DNA of 64,000 nt. It comes from Dehalococcoidia bacterium (GTDB lineage Bacteria > Chloroflexota > Dehalococcoidia > Lucifugimonadales > UBA3495). Position numbers and translations under genes: made by a program. Under the pieces are notes generated by a model. The model saw nothing but the letters and a program-made list of their open reading frames with translations, did no database searches and had not been told where the DNA came from. The stretch is taken from contig CBDHDY010000039.1 in the NCBI GenBank assembly GCA_965261885.1, positions 94,623 to 158,622 on the forward strand, in the 5' to 3' direction. Position 1 is the stretch's first letter. Each line of letters starts with the position of its first letter. Shown in pieces: positions 27,889-38,780 of the stretch.

Positions 27889-29344
27889 ACGACTGACGCC
27901 GCCAACGGGCTGGCATCTGCTATTGCCAGGGCGTGTTGACAAATGGGGACGGACCGGCAGGGCCGGGCTGGGTTGCGTTTGTGCCCATACATTGCCTGCG
28001 CGGTCCGCTCTGGCTCTCCATTTCCGGCTTCTGTGGCTATCAGCAGTACGGCCACCGCCAGAGCGGTTGCAAGGGAGCTCCGAATGGTTTTCGCCTCCTC
28101 TATCGGGGTTCCCATGTGGTTGCGCGTCAAGGGCGTCGCCGAATACCTCACGGCCCTGGTGGGGCAGTGTGCCGGTCTTTCCACTGTGCGGCAGGCGGTG
28201 TCCGCCATCGGGGGCCGCCCGCCGCGCCGCGGAAGTGGTGCTCGACCACTGAGTCGGAGGTGGTCCGGCTGACCGTGGCCGGTCCTCCCCGCCACAACCG
28301 ACGGGGCCGGCCGCTCAGGCTCCGGCGCTGCTGGATGACGCCGTGGAGGCCATCATGGCCACGGCCCGGCTGCCCAGGGAGCGGGATTCCCGGGGCATGG
28401 ACGAGCCCGGAGCGGGCGGACCGACGGGGCTTGGTGGACATTCAGGCAAAAACACCCACCCGGGGGAGAGGGCCTGAGCCACATCCAGCGGTCGGGGGTA
28501 ATCACCCTTCGAACGCAACGTTTTTGTCTTCGGTCGTCAACGGTTGGCAGACGGGGTCCGTTCTGTCCCCCGGTTACGTCGGCTCACCGGAACACCGGTT
28601 GTACGAACCGCGGTCTCGGCATCCAAGAAACCTCATTAAAATCCTCTTTCGTAACTGTCTGGACCACACTCTTCTATCACCAGCCGCACGGTTCACGGTG
28701 CCCAGTTAGATTCCTCGTCGCCATATGACTCAAAGAACGAGCTATCATCAGCAACAGACAGTAAATCCAGTGCCCTATACAGGAGGTCGGCGCGGGCTTT
28801 GTAGTCTTTAAACCGCACCACCGGTTCCACTCCTGCAGGTATTCCTCAGGTACGTTCGGCAGTATCGTTTCATAGAATAAGAAAGTTCGCCCTCGCAAGT
28901 CGTACACCGGAGTACCACCCTCAGGACATCTACAGGTCCGAAGCTCATAAGGCGTTCCTGTGTCACATTTTTACTCCAGAACGGGCCAGGACAGCCCTTG
29001 TGAGAATCGCCATTTCCACTTCTGGGCCACGGTGGAATCACCCCGTTTGCAAGCACCCTCTCATAAGGTGCAACAGTTGGCATTCCCGCCGTGGCGAAGA
29101 GGGGGCTGTTTCCAGCCAAGGCGGACGGATGGGTCTGACCCGGGCTGGCGTTCCGGACTCGGCGATCATGCGGCAGAGCGGAATGGGCTTGTCAGTTTTC
29201 CGGTTTAGCGGGTCAGAGATCCCGGTAATCTACACACGGCAATCCGGCCCACGTCTCGGAATCCTATCCCAGGGGCTGGAATCGAGATCAATGGCGGCAC
29301 TAAAGTGGTGCTTACCTCACCCTGGAGAGCTGGAGGGAACACCG

Positions 29345-30679
29345 ATGGCCAGAAAAGAAACCAGAGACAACATAGATAGGCGTTGGCAAATGTTGCAGCC
29401 GGGCTGGGGACGCGACGACTTCAAGGGCGAGCGCAGAATGCTGTATGAAGCCATCGTGGAGGGCAACAACGTCGAGCACCTTTTCGGATGCAGTTGGGGC
29501 AGCGACAACTCGAACCATGACCGGGGCATCGTCGCCGCCACGGAGCAGGGGCTGGTCTTGCTCAACCGCGGCCGTCTCAGCAAGAACGTGGAACTAATCC
29601 CGTACCTGGCTATCCGGGAAGTACGGGAGCAGGAGCCGGGCACACTGACCGTCGTAGCGCCCAGGCAAGACTACTCGATCACCCTGGATACAGGCGCCGC
29701 CAAGTTGGCCGATTACATCCGAGGCCGCTTGCACTCCGATGCAGCGTCCCTGGAGGACAGGTTGTCGGGCATTCTGATGGGAGGGGAACGCATTGACCAC
29801 TGGGCACACTGCACGGTGGGCGAGCAAAAGGTGTATGAAGCGGGGGGTAACACCCAAGGGGGCGGCGGTAGTTATGACATCAATACCACTACTCTTGCGG
29901 ATTCCTCGGCCCTAGCCGTGGCGACCGACCGGCGCATCCTGTTCTGCACCCTGGGGTTTAATTATGACCGCGAGCGGGCTAGCTGGCCTCACGGGAGCAT
30001 CCTGTCGGTGGAGTACTGGGGGGGCACGAGCGTCAGGTTCGTAGACGTCGACGCCCGAACCCACGCCCTAGGGTTCCGGGAGGATGGCGACGCAACTCAG
30101 TTTGTAAAGCCGATGAGGGAGCATGTTGGAACTGCGGCGCGGCGGTTGTCTACGGAGGCCAGGATTTCCGCAGAGTGGAAACTGCAACACCCGCTTTGGG
30201 ACCATAGGAAAAACCATGGCGGCGAGCGCCGCAAGCTCGTAGAAATCATGGATGACGACGAGCATATCGAAGCCCTGGCATGGGGCGATTACGGGCAGAA
30301 GGGGGCGAAGGAGGAACTCTACGGAGGCATCATAGCCGCCACCGGTCGCCGGCTCCTGTTGGTGAGCAACGGCGTGCTGGAGCAGAATGTCAGCCAGTTA
30401 TCTTACGATGGGATAGATGACGTCGCCTTGAAAGGCGGTGAATTAATCATCACGGCCAAGTCGGGACATAGCGGGTATGAGATATCCAGCATAGACAACA
30501 TGGATCCTCACGATTCCCGAAAGAAGGGATACCGCGACGCGTTTGTAGCGCGCCTCCAGACCATTGTCGAGTCTGCGCCCAATTCGGCGCCAACGCCAGC
30601 CACACCCGCGCAGGAGCCCGAGCCAGAGGCGCCCGTTGCCTCCAGACAAGCGGACAAACCCGAGGCGGCGCCGGATTAG
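29345..30679 (+). CDS. Multi-repeat bacterial PH-domain (YokE-like, tentative) protein
   Basis: ATG at 29345 lies 7 nt after GGAGGG. Units are repeated: E..L..ML.E.E.VE.L..C.WG......HDRGIVAATEQGLVLLNRGRLSKNVELIPYLAIREV. It is paralogous to 36407-37564. Confidence 0.6.
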   Translation: MARKETRDNIDRRWQMLQPGWGRDDFKGERRMLYEAIVEGNNVEHLFGCSWGSDNSNHDRGIVAATEQGLVLLNRGRLSKNVELIPYLAIREVREQEPGTLTVVAPRQDYSITLDTGAAKLADYIRGRLHSDAASLEDRLSGILMGGERIDHWAHCTVGEQKVYEAGGNTQGGGGSYDINTTTLADSSALAVATDRRILFCTLGFNYDRERASWPHGSILSVEYWGGTSVRFVDVDARTHALGFREDGDATQFVKPMREHVGTAARRLSTEARISAEWKLQHPLWDHRKNHGGERRKLVEIMDDDEHIEALAWGDYGQKGAKEELYGGIIAATGRRLLLVSNGVLEQNVSQLSYDGIDDVALKGGELIITAKSGHSGYEISSIDNMDPHDSRKKGYRDAFVARLQTIVESAPNSAPTPATPAQEPEPEAPVASRQADKPEAAPD

Positions 30680-30699
30680 GCCAGGCAACTCAGAATTGA

Positions 30700-31168
30700 C
30701 TCGCAATGGACAGAGCGTTCCGTTGACGATTGGAACCTTTGATGATTGGAACCTTGAGCATTTCGAAAACGAGCGGAAAAAGCTGTACGAGGTTCTTGAG
30801 GACGAAGAGGATATCGAGTTTCTGATTAACGGCGACTGCATCATGGTTGACGAGGGCCGCAACAAGATCCCTGGAGGACGAAAAAGTGGGGTGTCATCGC
30901 CGCGACGGGCCTCCGGTTGGTCTACGTATATATCAGCAAAGAAGGCGCGCTCCTCAGTGAACTGTCCTACAGCAACACTGAGTCGGTGCACTTCAAGAAG
31001 GGACTTTTGTCTTCCACGATATGGATCGCCACCTGCTCCGGGGACAACGGCTGGAAACTCGGCGCCGTTTTGAAAGGTGAAGGGTCAGGTTCGTCGAAGG
31101 AGTGCGGAGTCTCTCGGCCCATTCCGTGTAACCGGCCGCTCCTTAACGGCGGGACGCGGACCGGATAG
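30700..31168 (+). pseudogene. Single-unit bacterial-PH paralogue, frameshifted at an A5 run
   Basis: FENERKKLYEVLEDEEDIEFLINGDCIMVDEGRNKIPGGRK then shifts frame to WGVIAATGLRLVYVYISKEGALLSELSYSNTESVHFKKG. The junction is ggacgaaaaagtgggg (~30880-30895). Confidence 0.4.
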
Positions 31169-31474
31169 ACAAGATGGAACCCAACCTGGAATCCGCGGAC
31201 CTGACAACCCTGACGGAACCAGCAACCCTGACGCAAGAGCGATTTGAAACGTCGATTCCGGACGTGAACCCCTTTATTTCAGCAGCCTGCTATTGTTGCA
31301 ACGACGATTCGCAAGAAAGTGGGACTGAATGCCTCTTCCTGTTGCCAGCCCGCTGGCATTACAGCTTTGCAGCCTTGGGTGCGTCAATACGATTTCCGAC
31401 CACGCGCCACCTTGTTCGGTGAGTCGTCGGTACAGTAATAGGGTCCGGCAAAGTAGCCGACGAAAAGGATAGCT

Positions 31475-32701
31475 ATGAAAAACATTGCACTCCAGTGGGG
31501 ACACGCAAGTGGGGACGGCAAAGGGCTGGTTTTCCGTCCCCACCTGGCGGTCCTTCTTGTCCTGTGCTTCGTTCTGGCCGTCCCATTGGCCTGTGACTTC
31601 ATCCCCGGCGTCGGCAGCGAGAAGTTAGACCGGGACGCGTTGGTCGCCTTCTACAATGCCACGGGGGGCGAAGACTGGGAGCGGTCCTGGCCAATCGACA
31701 AAAAAGTACATTACGCTGACTGGTTCGGAATTTCCGCCGACGAAGAGTGGGTAGCAGCCGGACCAGGCGCATCCGGTGACGGCATGAAACTCACCAATTA
31801 TAGTTTGCGTTTAGGAGGAAATAATCTGCGGGGAGAGTTGCCGCCAGAACTGGGCGACGTTGGCGACCTGAAAGGGCTGGATCTCAGCGGGAACCAGTTG
31901 AGCGGGCAGATTCCGCTCGAGCTGGCCAACTTGGGCGACCTGAATAATCTGAGCCTCAGCAAGAACCAGTTGAGCGGACAGATTCCGCCCGAGCTGGGCA
32001 AGTTGGGCGGCCTGAGAACCCTGTATCTCAGCGAGAACCAGTTGAGCAGACAGATTCCGCCCGAGCTGGGCAAACTGGACGGCTTGTATCGGCTATATCT
32101 CGATAAAAATCAGTTGAGTGGCGAAATTCCTTCCAAGCTAGGAGACATGGACAACCTGGAATTTCTGAATCTCAGTGAGAACCAATTGAATGGATTGATT
32201 CCGCCCGAGCTAGGAGACCTGGACAACCTGGAATTTCTGAATCTCAGTGAGAACCAATTGAATGGATTGATTCCGCCCGAACTGGGCAAACTGGACCGCC
32301 TGACTGAGTTGTATCTACATAACAACCAGTTGAGTGGAGAGATACCGCCTGAGTTGGGAGGGCTTGAGTTTTTGGATTGGTTGACCTTCAGCGGGAACCA
32401 GTTGAGTGGATCGATTCCGCCCGAACTGGGCAGCCTGGACCGTCTGGAAGGGCTGATCCTCCATCAAAACCAGCTGAGCGGCGAGATTCCACCGGAACTA
32501 GGCAACCTGTCCAACCTGAGATGGCTGACCCTTCACGAAAATCAACTTAGCGGCGAGATCCCGCCGGAATTGGGCAAGCTTAGCAAACTGGAACGAGTTT
32601 ACCTCGGCGGGAACCAGTTGACCGGGTGCATCCCAAGAAGTCTGCGGGATGTACCGGTCAATGACCTCGCGGACCTGGAACTGCCATTCTGCGGTCGATG
32701 A
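31475..32701 (+). CDS. Plant-type LRR lipoprotein
   Basis: The signal/lipobox is LVLCFVLAVPLAC. The cap is DRDALVAFYNATGGEDWERSW. About 12 units of 24 residues follow: LxxLxLSxNQLSGxIPPELGxL. Confidence 0.85.
   Translation: MKNIALQWGHASGDGKGLVFRPHLAVLLVLCFVLAVPLACDFIPGVGSEKLDRDALVAFYNATGGEDWERSWPIDKKVHYADWFGISADEEWVAAGPGASGDGMKLTNYSLRLGGNNLRGELPPELGDVGDLKGLDLSGNQLSGQIPLELANLGDLNNLSLSKNQLSGQIPPELGKLGGLRTLYLSENQLSRQIPPELGKLDGLYRLYLDKNQLSGEIPSKLGDMDNLEFLNLSENQLNGLIPPELGDLDNLEFLNLSENQLNGLIPPELGKLDRLTELYLHNNQLSGEIPPELGGLEFLDWLTFSGNQLSGSIPPELGSLDRLEGLILHQNQLSGEIPPELGNLSNLRWLTLHENQLSGEIPPELGKLSKLERVYLGGNQLTGCIPRSLRDVPVNDLADLELPFCGR
32138..32280 (+). repeat. 72-bp tandem duplication of one LRR unit
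   Basis: 32138-32208 and 32210-32280 are identical except for one base. Each encodes LGD(M/L)DNLEFLNLSENQLNGLIPPE. Confidence 0.9.
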
Positions 32702-32848
32702 ACCTGACCCCTCTACCTGACCCCCGGCGTTGTTTGGGACCCCAGACTTGGTGCCTGTTTACATGGCGCTCGGCGGATCATCGGGTGGCCAAGTAGGGGC
32801 AGGAGCCAATAGCAGCCCGCGGATTGCCGTCCCACCACGCGAGGAAAA

Positions 32849-33020
32849 CTAGGGATACTCTGAACAAGTCTGCGGTAGTGTGGCATAGTACTGCTGGATA
32901 AGCCGATGCCGATGGGGGTAAGTTGTGATGGACCAGCCGACATTTGCCGAACTGGAATTTCTTGGCAAGAAGCGCAAGACCCGCCGGGAACTGTTCCTGG
33001 AACGGATGGACGACCTGGTC
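32849..33020 (+). mobile_element. Truncated IS5 copy (one TIR + first ~30 codons of transposase)
   Basis: CTAG GGATACTCTGAACAAG at 32849-32868, then MDQPTFAELEFLGKKRKTRRELFLERMDDLV. Homology to the complete IS5 (3437-4640) stops near 33020. Confidence 0.85.
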
Positions 33021-33212
33021 CACCTAGCTGGATTCGAACTGCAAGTAATCGCGAGCCTTGCCAAATGCGTTACAGCCTTTCACGCAGCTTCCCCAAGGTC
33101 GATGGCGAAGCTTTCGGTCATTCCGTTATCCCTTTCGCGGAAATGGCACTGGGATTTTGGCGTCCAGGCGTACGCAGTGCAGGATCACGTGCTGGGGAGA
33201 GACCCGCTCCTC

Positions 33213-33363
33213 TAGTACTACAACGACGCTTTGCAAGAAAGGGGCTTTGAACCCCTATTCATGGCGACCTGCCCACACGCTTGACAGCTTTATTGTCGTA
33301 CCTTCCTCGAAGCGAATTCAGGTCAAAATCCCACGAATTTGAGAAATCGTCGTTGTAGTACTA
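33213..33363. mobile_element. IS630/Tc1-type MITE (151 bp)
   Basis: There are perfect 16-bp TIRs: TAGTACTACAACGACG (33213-33228) and CGTCGTTGTAGTACTA (33348-33363). The termini are TA and no ORF is present. The TIR start TAGTACT is shared with IS630 copy 1. Confidence 0.7.
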
Positions 33364-33744
33364 GAAGACCTCCAGGGTCGGTTTCCGGGATGTACACCTC
33401 TAGCTGCAATGCGTCCGACACTACAGGTAGGTGTTGTGTTTTCGTTCGATGCGGAATTGGAGGTGCGGATTGGCGATTGGCCGTCTACGCCTGCTACTGG
33501 GAGTTCTGCTTCCCACTGCATTTCGCTGGCGACCAGTCATTAATTCTCAACCAGAGATCGCCCATCAAAATTTCTACCTCGGTTGCTTTCGCCAGTAATC
33601 CGAAATGCGGGGACTGGACCAATGGCACTCAACGGACGCGGGGGGAATCAATACTCTGGAGCCCCTGAGAACTGAGGATTGGCGTGGTCAGCCCGCTGCG
33701 GTAAACCAGACAGGAATTTCCGATGTTGTAATACTAGTAGTCCA

Positions 33745-34371
<627 letters not shown>

Positions 34372-34421
34372 GGCACAGACGAACTCGGCATTGGCCTTGG
34401 GCGGGATGCACCAGCACTCCT

Positions 34422-34889
34422 TCAGCCAAGGCTTGAGTTCGTTTTTTTCAGCGTTTGGCGCACCGTCTCGGGGCTGATGCTGTCCACTATCTCACATTGC
34501 ACCAGCCGGTCAGCCAGCAGTTGCAGCGTCCAACCGGCACGGCCCTCCGGCGGTTCGCTACAAGCGAGGTGAGTCAGGTGGGCCTCTCCTTGGCCGTCCA
34601 GCTTCCTCGGGCGGCGGTTGACCTGCTCCCTGCGTCCCAAGGCTGCCTCCACTCCCTCCTCAACACAGCGGCGGCGCACCCGTCCCACCGTGGCGTCCCC
34701 CACCCTCAGGACCCGGGCTATTTCCTCGTCCTTCATCGCCCCGCGCTCTTGATTTTCATCGCTGAGCAGCATAATGCGGGCGTGGGTCTGTTTATATGCT
34801 GCCGTCCGTCCCCGGGACACCAGTCCCTTCAGTTCCTGTTGCTCCTCTACACTCAGACTGACCCGGTACCTCTTCGCTGGCATCCCCAT
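34422..34889 (-). CDS. IS630 transposase HTH part (orfA)
   Basis: MGMPAKRYRVSLSVEEQQELKGLVSRGRTAAYKQTHARIMLLSDEN...VGDATVGRVRRRCVEEGVEAAL. It ends ...QTLKKTNSSLG after the A7 run. Confidence 0.85.
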   Translation of the reverse strand: MGMPAKRYRVSLSVEEQQELKGLVSRGRTAAYKQTHARIMLLSDENQERGAMKDEEIARVLRVGDATVGRVRRRCVEEGVEAALGRREQVNRRPRKLDGQGEAHLTHLACSEPPEGRAGWTLQLLADRLVQCEIVDSISPETVRQTLKKTNSSLG

Positions 34890-34969
34890 CCTCCCAACAT
34901 CACCTTAGCTTTTGACGTGTCCCGGCAATACCACAGCTAATTATCTATCAATCCTACGCTGTTGCACTA

Positions 34970-35674
34970 CTAGTCGTCGCCGAAAAAGTCCGTAATTCTC
35001 AGGATAATCAGGAACAGGTTGATGAAGTTCAGGTACAGTCCCACGGCCCCCATTATCGCTATCTTGCCCGCAGCCTCTTCGTCGCCCTCTGCGGCGGCGT
35101 CCTGGGCCAATTCCTTAACCTGTTTGGTCTCGTAGATCGTCAGACCCAGAAATACCGGCAAGAGCAGTAGAGTGACCACCCAGCCAATGAAGCTCGACCC
35201 GATGAAGATGTTGACTATCATCATGACGACCAGGCCCAACAGGGCGAACCCGAGGATGGGCCCCCAGTTGGTCAGGTCTTTCTTCGTGGTCAGCCCGACC
35301 ACGCTCATCGCGACGAATACGCCTCCCGTCAGCGCCAGCGCAAACAGAAGCGTTTCGACCCGGTAGGCCGCTACCCCGGACAACATCACCCCGCCCACAG
35401 CGGTAAACGTAAAGTAGAGTCCCAGCAGAATCGGCACGGGCGCCCTTTCCGAGGCCCAGCGCATCCCGAACAGGATTCCGATCCACAGCACCAAGGAAAT
35501 CAGAAAGCCGAAGAATCCGATACCCACCTGATAGGCCGCGAAGCCGACGACTGTGGTGAGGACCAACCCGGCTGTCATCCACATGTATAGCCGGGTCATG
35601 GCGGCGGTGAAGATGGCGTCGGCCGAGTTTGCGCCGAAATAGGGAGACGATGCGGGTTGGAACGGTGTCGTCAT
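34970..35674 (-). CDS. Bax-inhibitor-1/YccA-family membrane protein
   Basis: 234 aa with 7 hydrophobic segments. The N-terminal AMTRLYMWMTAGLVLT and the C-terminal charged tail with GAVGLYLNFINLFLIILRI are typical of BI-1/YccA. Confidence 0.8.
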   Translation of the reverse strand: MTTPFQPASSPYFGANSADAIFTAAMTRLYMWMTAGLVLTTVVGFAAYQVGIGFFGFLISLVLWIGILFGMRWASERAPVPILLGLYFTFTAVGGVMLSGVAAYRVETLLFALALTGGVFVAMSVVGLTTKKDLTNWGPILGFALLGLVVMMIVNIFIGSSFIGWVVTLLLLPVFLGLTIYETKQVKELAQDAAAEGDEEAAGKIAIMGAVGLYLNFINLFLIILRITDFFGDD

Positions 35675-35886
35675 GATGCTATCTCCTATTCACCGTATGA
35701 CAGCTCGTTCACGTTTTCGCCGAAGATGCCCAGGCATACGGAAACGAGCGGCGGTCGGTTGCAGCAGCGATGCGCCGTTCTACAGATGTATCCACCTCCT
35801 ACTACCTCTCTGTCCCTCTGCGCTGGCCACAGTGTCCGGCCACTTCTCCAGATGTCATCTTGCCTGCAGAGAAGCGCATCCAGTAT

Positions 35887-36390
35887 TCAATGCCCTTCGC
35901 TGTCCAGGACGTGGGGGAACGCCGCCTCCAGTGACGCAGCATCGGTCAGCAGGCGCGAGTGGACAAGGCTGGAAAAGAGAACGGCCGCGCAGGCCAACGG
36001 ACGTATCTCAAAGGTGTTCATGATCCCGAAGTCCAGCCTGGTTCTGGTGATCCTGACCTCCTCAGGTCCGGTCTCGCTCACCGTTTGAATGCCCCGGTAG
36101 GGAATCTGGGTCACGTTATTGCTGAACCGGCCTTTGTTCAGGCAGAACACGCGTCGGCCGGTGGCCGCGACGATGCCCTGGTCGTGGCTCTCCCATAGGG
36201 AAGGCTTCCAGCCGCTCGATGCTCTCGCCATCGGCCACTATATGTCGTAGAGCATCTTGCGTTCGCCGTCGTGGTTCTTCTTGCCCAATCGCCGGCTGCA
36301 ATCCCGGCAACTGTGCGTCGATCTGGCGCGTCTTCTCTCGCGACGCCGTGATTGTTCCCTCCGACGTAGGTTCTCCCGGTTCGCCGTCCC
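35887..36390 (-). pseudogene. Bacterial-PH paralogue with at least two frameshifts
   Basis: The fragments KKNHDGERKMLYDI / VADGESIERLEAF / LWESHDQGIVAATGRRVFCLNKGRFSNNVTQIPYRGIQTV lie in alternating frames. They are collinear with 29345-30679 unit 1. Confidence 0.5.
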
Positions 36391-36406
36391 TGTGTGCCTC
36401 CCCCCG

Positions 36407-37564
36407 TTAGTCGCCGGCCGGGTTGGCCGCGGCGTGGATCTGCTGGAGCACGCATTCGAACAGCGGCCTGGCCCGGCTCCTTATATCCCTCTTGCCGTTG
36501 TGGTCGAGGTAGTAGGCGTAGTCCTCGTCCGTGCTGCCGGAGAACTTCAATCCCGAGCAGGTCAGCCCCTCGTTATAGTCCACTTCCAGGCCCTGGTAGG
36601 AAACCTCGACCACGTCTTTGGAGACCATGCCGGAGTTCAGCATGAGGACCCGCCGGTCGGTGGCCACGACAACTCCGTTGTGAACCCCGAGTTCAAGGCG
36701 CCGGGCCCCCATACCCATCCCTCCCACCCCGGTGGTGGCGTTTAAAACGGCGCCGATGGCCATCCGGCCCGCCACGTGTCTCAGAGTGGTGAACTCTGTG
36801 GCGTCACCCCATCGGCCGCCCATCCAGTACTCGATGTTCTCGCCTTCTTCCAAGACCTCTTTGAGGATGCGGAGTTCACCTGGGTAGGTGGTGAGATTCT
36901 CTCCGGTGAAAAAGTTGAGCAGCCCTGCTATCAGACGCTCCGGCACGCTGGGGTCATTTCGCCCCCACATGGTGGAGCGTTCCCGCCACTGGGCATCGAC
37001 CCGCTCCTCCTTGCCCATACCGGCGTAGCGGCTCGCCGGAGGCGGCGTTGTGCTCGCCCCGGTTGATGCTGCAGACCAAGCGGGCGTGGCCGGTGGGGGC
37101 GGGGCGGCCTGGAGTTCCCCCACCCGGCCGGCGAAATTCCGGGCGTTGCCATCCTGAACGTCTAGCATCCTGAAGGCCCCGGGGTTGCCGGCGCCATGCC
37201 ATCCGCTGTAGCTCCGTCCGGTGAGGGTCACTTCGCCCTCGCCGTCTACGTCGACCGATTTCAGGGCATGAAGCGGCATCTCGGTGGTGAGCTTGTTCAT
37301 GCCGCGCCTTGTGAGGAAAACGACCCGGCCTCCGGTTACAACGGCTATGCCGTCGTACTGCATCATCCTGTCCCACCGGCTGGCGCTGGGACCGAACGCG
37401 TTTTCCGGTCCCCAGACGCAGCCCACGAGGGCCTCGATGCTCTCGTCATCGTTCAGCGCGTCGAAGAGCATCTGGAGTTCGCCGTCGTGCTCCTTGGGAC
37501 CCCAGCCGGGCTGGAGCTCCTTGCAACGGGTGTCGATCACGCTCCGTTTGTTCTGCATAGCCAT
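36407..37564 (-). CDS. Two-unit bacterial PH-domain (YokE-like, tentative) protein
   Basis: 385 aa. DTRCKELQPGWGPKEHDGELQMLFDALNDDESIEALVGCVWGP...YDGIAVVTGGRVVFLTRRGMNKLTTEMPLHALKSV. The second unit reads NGVVVATDRRVLMLNSGMVSKDVVEVSYQGL. Confidence 0.6.
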   Translation of the reverse strand: MAMQNKRSVIDTRCKELQPGWGPKEHDGELQMLFDALNDDESIEALVGCVWGPENAFGPSASRWDRMMQYDGIAVVTGGRVVFLTRRGMNKLTTEMPLHALKSVDVDGEGEVTLTGRSYSGWHGAGNPGAFRMLDVQDGNARNFAGRVGELQAAPPPPATPAWSAASTGASTTPPPASRYAGMGKEERVDAQWRERSTMWGRNDPSVPERLIAGLLNFFTGENLTTYPGELRILKEVLEEGENIEYWMGGRWGDATEFTTLRHVAGRMAIGAVLNATTGVGGMGMGARRLELGVHNGVVVATDRRVLMLNSGMVSKDVVEVSYQGLEVDYNEGLTCSGLKFSGSTDEDYAYYLDHNGKRDIRSRARPLFECVLQQIHAAANPAGD

Positions 37565-37845
37565 CGCGCTACCTCCTATCTGTATGGGGTGTCTTCTACC
37601 ACCCGCCGGCCACCGAACACCGGCTGCAGGCCACTACTTGTGAGCCATCCAGAGCATCATGGCGAGCAGTTCCCTGCCGACGGTCTCGACGATGCGGTCG
37701 CGGCGGCTGAGTGTGCCGCACCCGGCGGTGTCGCTGACCAAGCAGTGAATACGGTGACCGCCTCCCCGGGACAGCAGGTCTACAATCATCTTCAGCTCGC
37801 GCAAGCGCCCGAAGCAGGTGCTTTCCCGCTGGAGAAGGGGGTCAG

Positions 37846-38136
37846 CTAGTTTGAGCCACAGGCTTCGTCGCGGGCCACCTTCAGTTCTTCTATCGGGGCG
37901 ACCGAACTCACGTAGATGTACATTTCCTTCGCCTCTTCAAGGTTGCTCGCCGTGGGAAGCATCATGAGCATGCTTTGCTCGAAAATTTCAGGGTTCTCGG
38001 CGTTCTCGGCCATGCAGTCCCACGTTTGTTCCGCGATGTCTTTCGCTCCGCCCCCACCTCCGCAGACAGCCAACAGCAGCACGGACACCAAGACACACGC
38101 AAGGAGGATCGCGGACCTAAACAAGGTGGCGTTCAT
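37846..38136 (-). CDS. Small lipoprotein, hypothetical
   Basis: 96 aa. The signal plus lipobox is SAILLACVLVSVLLLAVCGGGGG. Confidence 0.55.
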   Translation of the reverse strand: MNATLFRSAILLACVLVSVLLLAVCGGGGGAKDIAEQTWDCMAENAENPEIFEQSMLMMLPTASNLEEAKEMYIYVSSVAPIEELKVARDEACGSN

Positions 38137-38342
38137 AATTCCCCATCCTTTCGGCTCGGCTTTTTACAAAATCCTGAATTTCAGACTGTGGTGCAGTTGG
38201 CCCGTTGAGGTCTGCTCGGGCTCTCCCTCCCATCCCCGGGTTGCACTGCGGGATTGTTGCTTATGAAAGCATCGTCAAGACTTTCAGGGAATTCTCATAG
38301 TTGCATCTCTGCGAGAGCCTTTACGCGGTGGCCCCACACCCG

Positions 38343-38780
38343 CTATGCCCTCAGCGGGCCGTACCGGTTGGAGCCGGTATCGCTTGGCTGGACCAAAAAG
38401 TACAGCACCACCAAGCCCACGACTATCTGGATGACCGCTCCCACATAGCTCGCCAGGAGAGCCAGCACCAAAGCCCCCGAAAACAGGGCGATGAAGGTCA
38501 CGAGTGTAAACAAGGAGGTCACGACGACGAAAGGCACCATCCACATTCCGGGTCGTCCGGAGTCGTGCAGCCGCCGCACGGCCGCTGAGAGGGCGAGCCC
38601 GGTTGCGGCCAGCCCGATGAGCGCCCCCACGAGGGGGATAAACGATGAAAATATCAAGGACAGGATGATGGCCGGGACGGCAATTGCTGCCCAGTACCAC
38701 CAGAATTCCGACCGGGTCGCCCGTCCCTCGAAGTTGGTCAGGTTGTCTAAACCGGATTTGACTGCTTCCCGTAGTTCCAT
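38343..38780 (-). CDS. DUF805-family inner-membrane protein
   Basis: FEGRATRSEFWWYWAAIAVPAIIL ... AAVRRLHDSGRPGMWM is the hallmark DUF805 string. Confidence 0.8.
   Translation of the reverse strand: MELREAVKSGLDNLTNFEGRATRSEFWWYWAAIAVPAIILSLIFSSFIPLVGALIGLAATGLALSAAVRRLHDSGRPGMWMVPFVVVTSLFTLVTFIALFSGALVLALLASYVGAVIQIVVGLVVLYFLVQPSDTGSNRYGPLRA

Noticed and set aside
27933-28709. 258-aa plus-strand ORF and overlapping ORFs downstream of the NarL-type regulator
   Set aside because: The sequence is very GC-rich, with no SD, no recognisable motif and mutually overlapping alternatives in all frames. I cannot support a gene here. A short secreted ORF on the minus strand (MGTPIEEAKTIRSSLATALAVAVLLIA…) is possible but unsupported.
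33020-33212. ORF-free stretch after the IS5 stump, examined for tRNA/tmRNA-like 3' end (…GCAGTTCGAATCCAGCTAGGTGGACCA on the minus strand)
   Set aside because: A T-arm cannot be paired and no upstream tRNA-like domains were found. The CCA is probably coincidental.
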